Virus record (IMG/VR): IMGVR_UViG_3300042342_000200
Span: 1-36,654 of that record
Source: a virus
Lineage: Duplodnaviria; Caudoviricetes
DNA: 36,654 nucleotides
Reading direction: 5' to 3' (one strand)
This document shows, one piece after another, positions 7,400 to 14,899 of the stretch. A program made the translations under genes and the position numbers. The notes below the pieces were generated by a model. It did not search any database, was not told the origin of the DNA, and was given only the letters and a program-made list of their open reading frames with translations. Numbering within the stretch: position 1 is the first letter of the stretch; the number at the start of each line of letters is the position of its first letter.

Positions 7400-9700
7400 G
7401 TGAAAGATTTCGTTGATCATCTTACCAGACTCGCCCCCGAGGGCGAAACTTTTTTGCTGGTACGCCAGAAGCCCCAATTGAGGGAAGGCGAGATGCAGTT
7501 CCACGCCAACGGTGCCATCAAGGCCACTTGGCCAGCCATGCTGCCCACGGCCAAGGTCAAGCCCGAGTGGGCCATCTACGGCAACACTGCGTCGTTCATC
7601 ATCGACCGCTTCAAGGATGGCCACCCCAGCGCCAGCGCTGCCGCGTGCGAGTATGTGCTGGTGATGGTGCTGGACGACGTGGGCGACCCTGAGAAGGCCC
7701 CCAACGTCCCGCCGCTCGAGCCGACGTGGAAGATTGAGACCAGCCCCGGCTCGTTTCAGTGGGGCTACGTGTTCAGCGAGCAGCCCACCAAGGCCGAGTT
7801 CAGCGCAGCGATTGCCGCGATTGCCGAGGCGGGTTACACCGACAAAGGCGCGATTAACGCGGTGCGCAATTTCCGCATTCCCGGCTCGATCAACCTGAAG
7901 CCCGGCCGCAATAACTTCGCCGCCCAGCTGCGTGAGTTCAAGCCCGAGCGTGACTTCACCCTTGAGCAGATCTGCGCCGCCCTGAACGTGGTGCCTGGCG
8001 AAGCCGAGGATGCCCACCGCCCGATTCGTATCTCCGACGACGGCACCGACGACGTGATGGTGTGGCTGTCCGATAACGGCATGCTGCTGTCCAAGCCCAA
8101 CCAAGAAGGCTGGGCCGGTGTCATCTGCCCTAACAGCGCCCAGCACACCGACGGCAACCCCGAGGGCCGCTACCTGCCCTCCAGCCGCGCCTACTGCTGC
8201 CTGCACTCGCACTGCACCGAGCTGGACTCATCTGTGTTCCTGCAATGGGTAGCCGACAACGGTGGCCCCAAGCACACCCCCGGCCTGCGCGAGGAGCTGC
8301 TGGCCGCTGCGATGGAGTCAGCCCTCAGTAAGCTGGCCCCGACGCCCGAGTACCCCGACGCCGCCGCCGCTATCGTGGCCGAGGTGGAGCGTAAAGAGTT
8401 GGGCCGCGTCGAGAAAGAGGGCTGGTACGAGCGCTTCGCCTACCTGCAAGACGACGACGCGTTTTTTGACTTGGCCGAGCGTCATGAAGTGTCGCGTCAG
8501 TCGTTTAACGCTATCTTCCGGCACATCAGCTGCAACTCTATCCACGGCAAGCGCAGCAAGATCGAGGCCGCGACCTGCTTTGATGAAAACCGCCAAGCCA
8601 AAGGCGCGCGCATCTTGAAGGGCGTCACCTACGCGGCAGGCGAGTCGATCCTCTGCGCTCGTGATGGCATCGTGTACGGCAACCGCTGGCGCGATGCGCG
8701 GCCCGTGGCTGTGGTGGGTAACGTCCAGCCGTGGCTGGCCCACCTTGAGCGCATGATCCCCGACAAGCGCGAGCGTGAGCACGTCCTTGACGTGATGGCC
8801 TTCAAGGTCCAATACCCCAACCGCAAGATCAACCACGCTGTCCTGCATGGTGGCAACCCTGGCAGCGGCAAAGACACCCTCTGGTCACCGTTCTTCTGGG
8901 CCATCGGTGGCCCGTCCCTCAAAAACGTCTCCCTTGTCCGTAACGAGGAGATCACCTCCCAGTGGGGCTACGCCCTTGAGACTGAGGTGCTGGTCGTCAA
9001 CGAGTTGCGCCAGTCCGAGGCCAAGGACCGCCGCGCCCTTGAGAACACCCTCAAGCCCCTGATCGCTGCGCCCCCTGAGTACCTGTCAGTGCAGCGCAAG
9101 GGCTTGGCCCCATATGACCTGGTGAACCGTCTGCAAGTGATCGCGTTCTCTAACGAGCGGGTGGCCATCAATTTGCCCTCTGACGATCGCCGCTGGTTTG
9201 TCATCTGGTCAGACGCCCCCCGCATGACCGACGACGAAGGCGCGGCCATTTGGGCTTGGCTTGAGTCTGGCGGCAAGTCGGCCGTGGCCGCCTGGTTGCA
9301 CACCCGCAACGTGTCCGCGTTCAATCCTGGCGCCACGCCCTTCATGACCGAGGCCAAGGCCATCATGGTCGAGGCGGGGATGAGCGGCGCTGAAGCGTTC
9401 TTGGTGGACTTGATGCGCAACCGCCTAGGCGAGTTCTCCAAAGGCGTTGTCGGCGCGCCTTGGCACGCGCTGTGCGATCGCCTGCAAGGGTCGGTTCAGG
9501 GCAGCGTCAAGATTGTCCAGCCTGCCCTCCTGCACGCCCTCAAGGAGGCTGGATGGGTAGACATGGGCCGCCTCAAGTCGCGCCGCCATGACAACAAGAA
9601 GCACATCTTCTGCGCGCCTGACATGGCCGAGATAGGCAAATCGGAACTGAGGGACATGGTCGAGGCCGCGCCACCCACCAGCGTGCGGCTGGTCAAATGA
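7400..9700 (+). CDS. Primase-helicase (RepB-like primase, Zn-binding linker, SF3-like helicase)
   Basis: VLDDVG, IETSPGSFQWGY, RNFRIPGSIN primase motifs; CP..H...CCLHSHC; Walker A GNPGSGKDT, VLVVNE, DRRW; AAGGAG RBS before GTG. Confidence 0.88.
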   Translation: MKDFVDHLTRLAPEGETFLLVRQKPQLREGEMQFHANGAIKATWPAMLPTAKVKPEWAIYGNTASFIIDRFKDGHPSASAAACEYVLVMVLDDVGDPEKAPNVPPLEPTWKIETSPGSFQWGYVFSEQPTKAEFSAAIAAIAEAGYTDKGAINAVRNFRIPGSINLKPGRNNFAAQLREFKPERDFTLEQICAALNVVPGEAEDAHRPIRISDDGTDDVMVWLSDNGMLLSKPNQEGWAGVICPNSAQHTDGNPEGRYLPSSRAYCCLHSHCTELDSSVFLQWVADNGGPKHTPGLREELLAAAMESALSKLAPTPEYPDAAAAIVAEVERKELGRVEKEGWYERFAYLQDDDAFFDLAERHEVSRQSFNAIFRHISCNSIHGKRSKIEAATCFDENRQAKGARILKGVTYAAGESILCARDGIVYGNRWRDARPVAVVGNVQPWLAHLERMIPDKREREHVLDVMAFKVQYPNRKINHAVLHGGNPGSGKDTLWSPFFWAIGGPSLKNVSLVRNEEITSQWGYALETEVLVVNELRQSEAKDRRALENTLKPLIAAPPEYLSVQRKGLAPYDLVNRLQVIAFSNERVAINLPSDDRRWFVIWSDAPRMTDDEGAAIWAWLESGGKSAVAAWLHTRNVSAFNPGATPFMTEAKAIMVEAGMSGAEAFLVDLMRNRLGEFSKGVVGAPWHALCDRLQGSVQGSVKIVQPALLHALKEAGWVDMGRLKSRRHDNKKHIFCAPDMAEIGKSELRDMVEAAPPTSVRLVK

Positions 9701-9702
9701 AT

Positions 9703-9727
9703 AAGGGGCCGTGAGGCCCCTTTTTTA
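9703..9727 (+). terminator. Rho-independent terminator between convergent operons
   Basis: AAGGGGCC-GTGA-GGCCCCTT followed by a T-run. Confidence 0.8.
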
Positions 9728-9784
9728 TAGGTTGAACAGTACCGCCAGCAATGCGACGGCAAGGGCCGCTAGCGCGGCCGTCAT
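9725..9784 (-). CDS. Possible 19-aa hydrophobic peptide MTAALAALAVALLAVLFNL
   Basis: ATG overlaps the stop of the upstream ORF (ATGA); ends at the terminator. Confidence 0.4.
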   Translation of the reverse strand: MTAALAALAVALLAVLFNL

Positions 9785-9966
9785 GGGGTCAGCCTTTCCA
9801 TGTCGGCCAACTGATCGCGCAAGATTTCGTTTTCTTGAGTCAATTTCAAGTTGAGGGCCTCAAGGTCAACAATCCGCGCAAACAGTTTGGCGGCGTTTTC
9901 AAAGCCCTCGGCGTGGCAGAGCCGCTCGGCCTCGCTTGAGGGGATGCGCATAAAGTCGATTTGCAT
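9781..9966 (-). CDS. Hypothetical coiled-coil protein (61 aa)
   Basis: AAGGAG RBS; ORF track. Confidence 0.75.
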   Translation of the reverse strand: MQIDFMRIPSSEAERLCHAEGFENAAKLFARIVDLEALNLKLTQENEILRDQLADMERLTP

Positions 9967-9978
9967 GGTGTTCTCCTT

Positions 9979-10293
9979 TTATCGTGCTGATGGGCCGTAG
10001 AACTGGGCACGGTCAGCAGCGCTTAACCCGTGGTCGTCGTCACGGTCGCTGTCTGGGTGGGTCAGGGTCAGGCAATACTCGCAGGGGTCGTCCATGACCT
10101 CGTATACCTCATCGAGGCGGTCGCGCAGGTGCTGGGCTTGTTCCTTGGTGAACAGCCAGCCGCCTGACGCGCCGTTGACCACTTCGGCGGGATTGTCCTC
10201 GGGGTGGAACAGCCGCCCCAGTTGGTGCAACTGAAAGAAGAAACCCTCGGCGTCTGCCTCGGTGCGGATGGGCGTGGTGTAGACGTCAGTCAT
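9979..10293 (-). CDS. Hypothetical acidic early protein
   Basis: ORF track; start at 10293 overlaps the previous stop. Confidence 0.7.
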   Translation of the reverse strand: MTDVYTTPIRTEADAEGFFFQLHQLGRLFHPEDNPAEVVNGASGGWLFTKEQAQHLRDRLDEVYEVMDDPCEYCLTLTHPDSDRDDDHGLSAADRAQFYGPSAR

Positions 10294-10570
10294 GATATTC
10301 AGTCCCATTCAAAAGGTTTACAGCGTGTTGCAGGCTGGCGTGGTTTGCTCTGCGGAATGCTTGGTCTTGCCGCGGGTATGCGCCCCGGTCGTTGCCTTTT
10401 GGTGCGTGTCGGATACTTGGCTTGTCAATCCATGCGCCTTTAACATCACGGTCGCCTAAAAGGATGTATTCAATATATTTATCGTCATCGGTCAAGATGA
10501 CAGCGGGAAACAAGTCCCCACCTTGCCAAATGGTGCTGATTTGCACAGTTGCGATGTGGTAGTCGCTCAT
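10286..10570 (-). CDS. Hypothetical protein (94 aa, lower GC)
   Basis: ATGA coupling to the upstream ORF. Confidence 0.6.
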   Translation of the reverse strand: MSDYHIATVQISTIWQGGDLFPAVILTDDDKYIEYILLGDRDVKGAWIDKPSIRHAPKGNDRGAYPRQDQAFRRANHASLQHAVNLLNGTEYHD

Positions 10571-10857
10571 GTTGCGCCCCTTGTTGCGTCATACAGACCC
10601 GCCATATAGGCGGACATCAGCCCCGCCAACTCACGGGCGGAAACGTGGCCGATGCTGAACACATCAGACACGCCGCCGCCCTCATTGCACATACGGTGCA
10701 GGCAGTACCCGCCATAAGCGCCGCTTATGTGATAGTTGCCCACGTTGGGCACGGCTTTGCCGTCAACGGTGCGATATGGCTCGGACGGTGATTTCGTCAT
10801 GCTGTTGAGGGTGGTGGTTTTGGCGTCAAGAAATGCGCGGGTGATTCGGGTTGTCAT
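10567..10857 (-). CDS. Hypothetical early protein
   Basis: ORF track; ATG at 10857 preferred. Confidence 0.7.
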   Translation of the reverse strand: MTTRITRAFLDAKTTTLNSMTKSPSEPYRTVDGKAVPNVGNYHISGAYGGYCLHRMCNEGGGVSDVFSIGHVSARELAGLMSAYMAGLYDATRGAT

Positions 10858-10870
10858 GGTCGTGAGTCTT

Positions 10871-10969
10871 TCAATAAAAGAGGGCGTCAAGCCCGTGGAG
10901 GACGAGGGCGCACAAGGCGAGGCCGATTAGCACGGCGGTGAGGATGTCGAGGATGGTGTCGCGTGTCAT
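10871..10969 (-). CDS. Small membrane peptide (32 aa, MTRDTILDILTAVLIGLALCALVLHGLDALFY)
   Basis: Read manually; ATGA coupling; single hydrophobic helix. Confidence 0.6.
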   Translation of the reverse strand: MTRDTILDILTAVLIGLALCALVLHGLDALFY

Positions 10970-11286
10970 GGCTTGACCCCATTCAAGACAGCGAACAAGT
11001 CGGCGTCGTTGTCGTCATTCCAGTGCATCGCGTCCTCGTAGATTTCGGCGTAGTTGGCCTCAAGGTAGGCTTGCGCGACTTCCAAGACAGCGGCAATGTC
11101 GGCGCCGGTCGGCCATGTTTGGCACACATCCAACTGATCGAGCAACTCGATGCGGTCGGCGTAGACCACGACTTGCAGGATGCCGTCACCGTCTGCGCAG
11201 TAAATCTCGGCGGGTTCTTCGCGAGTTGTTGAGGGGAAAACAGTCCAAGTGATCTTGGACGAGTCGATGGTTTTGAGCTGTGTCAT
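10966..11286 (-). CDS. Highly acidic hypothetical early protein (106 aa)
   Basis: ORF track; GGA upstream; Asp/Glu rich. Confidence 0.7.
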   Translation of the reverse strand: MTQLKTIDSSKITWTVFPSTTREEPAEIYCADGDGILQVVVYADRIELLDQLDVCQTWPTGADIAAVLEVAQAYLEANYAEIYEDAMHWNDDNDADLFAVLNGVKP

Positions 11287-11289
11287 GGT

Positions 11290-11442
11290 TTATCCAATCG
11301 TTGCGATGATGGTGGTTTTGATCTCGGCCAGTGTGTAGTGCGTCTGCCGTGTGTAGATGTAATTGGCGAGCCAATCGAATGAGGCGTGAGGCGTTGCATC
11401 GTGCAAATCTTCGATGCAGGTCATGAGTTGTTCGAGGTTCAT
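11290..11442 (-). CDS. Hypothetical protein (50 aa, MNLEQLMTCIEDLH...), first gene of the early operon
   Basis: Read manually; GGAG RBS; directly downstream of a promoter. Confidence 0.65.
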   Translation of the reverse strand: MNLEQLMTCIEDLHDATPHASFDWLANYIYTRQTHYTLAEIKTTIIATIG

Positions 11443-11471
11443 ACAGTGCTCCGTTGGTTGTTGATGTGTCT

Positions 11472-11503
11472 ATTGTAAAAGATTCTTTTACGCTTGCAAG
11501 CGT
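11472..11503 (-). promoter_or_regulatory. Leftward sigma70-like promoter overlapped by two palindromes
   Basis: TTGCAA-16 nt-TACAAT on the minus strand; GTAAAAGA-T-TCTTTTAC (11475-11491) and ACGCTTGCAAGCGT (11490-11503). Confidence 0.7.
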
Positions 11504-11574
11504 TATTCGCAATACTTGACTAAATTATGGGGTCTTCACCAGGAGGATCCTATTTTCCAGGCTTTTGACGCCAG

Positions 11575-11950
11575 TGTGGATATTGTGGGTGGGGTGTGGA
11601 TGTGTGAAATGATGGGGCGTGACCCACGCTGGAAGTGGCGTGGCGCATAGGGTTGTGGGGTGTTGTGGATATTGTGGATAGTTGTTTATTTATAGGGTAG
11701 AAAACAACTGCTTAAAAAATAGGCAAATAGGGTACAGCGATTTAAATTCATCGTCCAAATGGTCCACAGTGTCCACAACTCATCGCGCCCACAGCGCAGC
11801 GCATTTTGGCCGCGTGACCGTGTGGACAATGTGGACCATGTGCTAAACGATTGTCCACATTGTCCACAAACCACAGTTCATACAGTGGTGTATAGGCATA
11901 CAGTAGTGTGCCCGGCTGCTGACTGCTGTGGACAGTCCGCATGGTCCACA
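11575..11950. repeat. Array of TGTGGA(C/T)A / TGTCCACA repeats in both orientations around an AT-rich core; putative replication origin
   Basis: Copies near 11575, 11595, 11664, 11673, 11821, 11830, 11927 (forward) and 11761, 11770, 11852, 11861, 11943 (reverse); 9-nt periodicity; AT-rich 11681-11750. Confidence 0.75.
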
Positions 11951-12006
11951 AAGTTGGAAGGGGGAGGGGGCAGGGCCGAGCGGATGGGCCTAACGGTAGC
12001 GTAGCG

Positions 12007-12039
12007 TTCACGAACAATTTTTATTTTTTGGTATAAGAT
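12007..12039 (+). promoter_or_regulatory. Putative promoter of the terminase/late operon
   Basis: T-rich spacer then TGGTATAAGAT about 30 nt before the terS ATG. Confidence 0.5.
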
Positions 12040-12069
12040 GCACGCACGCATCCACGCGGCCATACATCT

Positions 12070-12543
12070 ATGAGTTTTCATTCACTGCCACTTGTCATCA
12101 ATGAAGTGCGCGCCACCGAGGCGGTGCTTAACCGCATCTACGACGCAGCCAAGCTCGGGTTGAAGGGCGACAACCTGGCGTTAGCAGCAGGCATGGTGCC
12201 CACCGCCTACCGGCAGTTGTGCGAGTTGGATAGAGTGGCGCAGCTGGCCGAACAAAAAGGCCGCGCCGATGGGGAGCTGCTTGCGTCCCAACAGCTGCAC
12301 AAAGCAGCTGAAGAGGGCGACGCCAAGGCCAGTCTGGCCATTCTGCAAAACGTCCACGGCTGGGTAGCCAAGCAGGCCATCACAGTGGACGTTAACCAGC
12401 AAATCAGCATCCTGGGCGCACTGGCCGAGGCTGAGCGCAGAGCAGCAGATGTGATCGACAGCAGCGTGACGGACATCATCGCGCGCGAGCCTACTCAGCC
12501 ACTGCAAGCACGACTAGCACCCCACAAGCAGGCAGCCGCATAA
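12070..12543 (+). CDS. terS: Terminase small subunit
   Basis: Helical HTH-like protein directly upstream of and coupled to terL. Confidence 0.7.
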   Translation: MSFHSLPLVINEVRATEAVLNRIYDAAKLGLKGDNLALAAGMVPTAYRQLCELDRVAQLAEQKGRADGELLASQQLHKAAEEGDAKASLAILQNVHGWVAKQAITVDVNQQISILGALAEAERRAADVIDSSVTDIIAREPTQPLQARLAPHKQAAA

Positions 12544-14072
12544 TGCAAACCACCATCTACTCGGCCGAAGACGAACAAGAACTCATGGCGCGCCTCTGGG
12601 CGCCGCAGTACAAGGACAACCCACTGGCGTTCGTGCTGTACACGTTCCCGTGGGGCGTCAAGGGCACGCCACTGGAGCACTTCAACGGCCCACGCAAGTG
12701 GCAGCGCGAGGTGCTCCAGCAGATCGGCGACCACATCAAAGCAAACAAAGGCGAGGTGGACTTCAACACCTTACGGCACGCAGTCTCATCGGGCCGCGGT
12801 ATCGGCAAGTCGGCGTTGGTCAGCTGGATCGTGATCTGGATGCTGTCCACCCGCATCGGCTCGACGACCATTGTGTCGGCTAACTCAGAGTCACAGCTGC
12901 GCTCGATCACATGGGCCGAGATCACCAAGTGGCTGGCGATGTCGCTTAACAGCCACTGGTTTGAGGTAAGCGCCACCAGGCTGATGCCAGCCAAGTGGCT
13001 GACCGAGCTGGTCGAGCGCGACCTGCGCAAAGGCACGCGTTACTGGGGCGTCGAGGGCAGACTGTGGTCGGCCGAAAACCCTGACGCCTACGCGGGCGTG
13101 CACAACTTCGACGGTGTGATGGTGATCTTCGACGAGGCATCAGGTATCGACGACGCCATCTGGGCGGTGACGGCTGGTTTCTTTACGGAGAACACACCCA
13201 ACCGTTTCTGGCTGGCGTTCTCCAACCCACGGCGCAACTCGGGGTACTTCTACGAGACGTTCCACAGCAAGCGGGAGTTTTGGCACACCAAGGTGGTCGA
13301 CGCCCGCACAGTCGAGGGCACGGACAAGCAGGTCTATCAGCAGATCATTGACGAGTACGGGGCCGACTCCGCACAAGCGCACGTTGAGGTGTACGGCGAG
13401 TTTCCGAATGCAGGCGACGACCAGTTCATCTCCAGCCTGGTGGTGGACGACGCCATGAAGAGGCCGCTGTACAAAGACCCAAGCGCGCCCATCGTGATCG
13501 GCGTGGACCCCGCGCGGTTCGGGGCCGACGCCACGGTGCTGGCGATCCGGCAGGGGCGGGACATCACGCGCATCATCCGGCACCGGGGCGACGACACCAT
13601 GACGGTGGTCGGGCACGTCATCGAGGCTATCGAGGAGTTCAAGCCGGTGATGGTGTTCATCGACGAGGGCGGGCTGGGCGCGGGCATCGTGGACCGGCTC
13701 AAAGAGCAGCGGTACAAGATCAAGGGCGTGAACTTTGGCTGGAAGTCGCGCAACCCGGCCATGTACGGCAACATGAGGGCGCAAATCTGGGGCGACATGC
13801 GCGACTGGCTCAAGTCGGCCAGCATTCCAAGCGACAGGTTCTTGAAAACTGACCTGATCTCGCCTATGATGAAGCCCGACTCCAAAGGCTCGATCTTCTT
13901 GGAGTCGAAAAAGGACATGAAAGCGCGGGGCCTGGCATCACCAGACGCGGCCGACGCCATCGCGCTGACGTTCTCGTACCCAGTCGCAAGCCGGGGTGAG
14001 TACACTGGGCACACCGCAACGCGCAGAAACGCGCAGAACGGCGCGCGTTTCAACTCTTGGATGGGGTCGTGA
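12543..14072 (+). CDS. terL: Terminase large subunit
   Basis: Walker A SGRGIGKS, Walker B IFDEAS, SNP coupling motif, nuclease GVDPARFGAD and SPDAADA. Confidence 0.95.
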   Translation: MQTTIYSAEDEQELMARLWAPQYKDNPLAFVLYTFPWGVKGTPLEHFNGPRKWQREVLQQIGDHIKANKGEVDFNTLRHAVSSGRGIGKSALVSWIVIWMLSTRIGSTTIVSANSESQLRSITWAEITKWLAMSLNSHWFEVSATRLMPAKWLTELVERDLRKGTRYWGVEGRLWSAENPDAYAGVHNFDGVMVIFDEASGIDDAIWAVTAGFFTENTPNRFWLAFSNPRRNSGYFYETFHSKREFWHTKVVDARTVEGTDKQVYQQIIDEYGADSAQAHVEVYGEFPNAGDDQFISSLVVDDAMKRPLYKDPSAPIVIGVDPARFGADATVLAIRQGRDITRIIRHRGDDTMTVVGHVIEAIEEFKPVMVFIDEGGLGAGIVDRLKEQRYKIKGVNFGWKSRNPAMYGNMRAQIWGDMRDWLKSASIPSDRFLKTDLISPMMKPDSKGSIFLESKKDMKARGLASPDAADAIALTFSYPVASRGEYTGHTATRRNAQNGARFNSWMGS

Positions 14073-14335
14073 TGGCTACAAAGAAAAGTGTCTCACTCAG
14101 TGTCGGTCGCGGCGAGAAGCTGCCGGTGTCCAAAGGCGCGGGCTTGACAGAAAAGGGTCGTGCGAAGTACAACGCAGCTACTGGCTCGAATCTCAAAGCG
14201 CCAGCGCCCAGCCCCAAGACAAAGGCCGATCAAGGCCGTAAAGATTCGTTCTGTGCCCGCATGGAAGGGGTTGTCAAAAACGCCAAAGGCCCAGCAGAAC
14301 GGGCCAAGGCATCACTCAAACGATGGAAGTGCTGA
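14072..14335 (+). CDS. Small basic conserved phage protein (87 aa)
   Basis: GLTEKGRAKYN...GSNLKAP...SFCARM; TGATG coupling to terL. Confidence 0.75.
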   Translation: MATKKSVSLSVGRGEKLPVSKGAGLTEKGRAKYNAATGSNLKAPAPSPKTKADQGRKDSFCARMEGVVKNAKGPAERAKASLKRWKC

Positions 14336-14337
14336 TC

Positions 14338-14502
14338 ATGGCTACAAAACCCGGACTGTATGCAAACATCAACGCCAAACGCGCACGTATCGCGGCTGGC
14401 TCTGGCGAGAAGATGCGCAAACCCGGCGCTGCTGGCGCACCCTCGGCTAAAGACTTTAAAGAGTCGGCCAAGACTGCCAAACCTGCCAAAAAGGCCAAGT
14501 GA
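14338..14502 (+). CDS. Small Lys/Ala-rich protein (54 aa, MATKPGLYANINAKRARI...)
   Basis: Read manually; tight packing with neighbours. Confidence 0.7.
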   Translation: MATKPGLYANINAKRARIAAGSGEKMRKPGAAGAPSAKDFKESAKTAKPAKKAK

Positions 14503-14654
14503 TGCCACTCGTCAAATCACCCTCAAAAGAGGCATTTCGCAAGAACGTCAAGGCCGAAGTGGCTGCGGGTAAACCCGTAAAGCAAGCCGTTGCGATTGCT
14601 TACTCTGTCAAGCGTGAAGCTGCTAAAAAACCAACAATGAAGACCAAAAAATGA
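14502..14654 (+). CDS. Small basic protein (50 aa, MPLVKSPSKEAFRKNV...KQAVAIAYS)
   Basis: Read manually; TGATG and ATGA overlaps on both sides. Confidence 0.7.
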   Translation: MPLVKSPSKEAFRKNVKAEVAAGKPVKQAVAIAYSVKREAAKKPTMKTKK

Positions 14655-14899
14655 GCCTCCAAGCCCTGCAAGACTGCCTGATCGTGCGCCCAGACATGGA
14701 GAAACACGAGTTGTTTATCCTGTTGAGACAGAAACAAACTGGCACGGGTGTGGTAATCTCCGTTGGACCTGAAGCCAAGGACGTAAAAGTCGGCGACAAG
14801 GTGCTATTTGGTGATTCCATCGGACAAGACCTAAAATATGAGGGTGACAACCTTCTGGTCATGAGGGAATCACACACCCTCGGAGTATTTGACGCATGA
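14651..14899 (+). CDS. groES: GroES/Cpn10-like co-chaperonin
   Basis: LQALQDCLIVRP, GVVISVGP, DVKVGDKVLF, LLVMRE..LG motifs. Confidence 0.85.
   Translation: MSLQALQDCLIVRPDMEKHELFILLRQKQTGTGVVISVGPEAKDVKVGDKVLFGDSIGQDLKYEGDNLLVMRESHTLGVFDA

Noticed and set aside
11575-11950. CRISPR array
   Set aside because: Repeats are 8-9 nt, in both orientations and irregularly spaced, with no repeat-spacer periodicity; the Cas4-like gene is a usual phage replication nuclease
11520-12060. Short ORFs across the intergenic region
   Set aside because: Translations merely reflect the DNA repeats; no RBS
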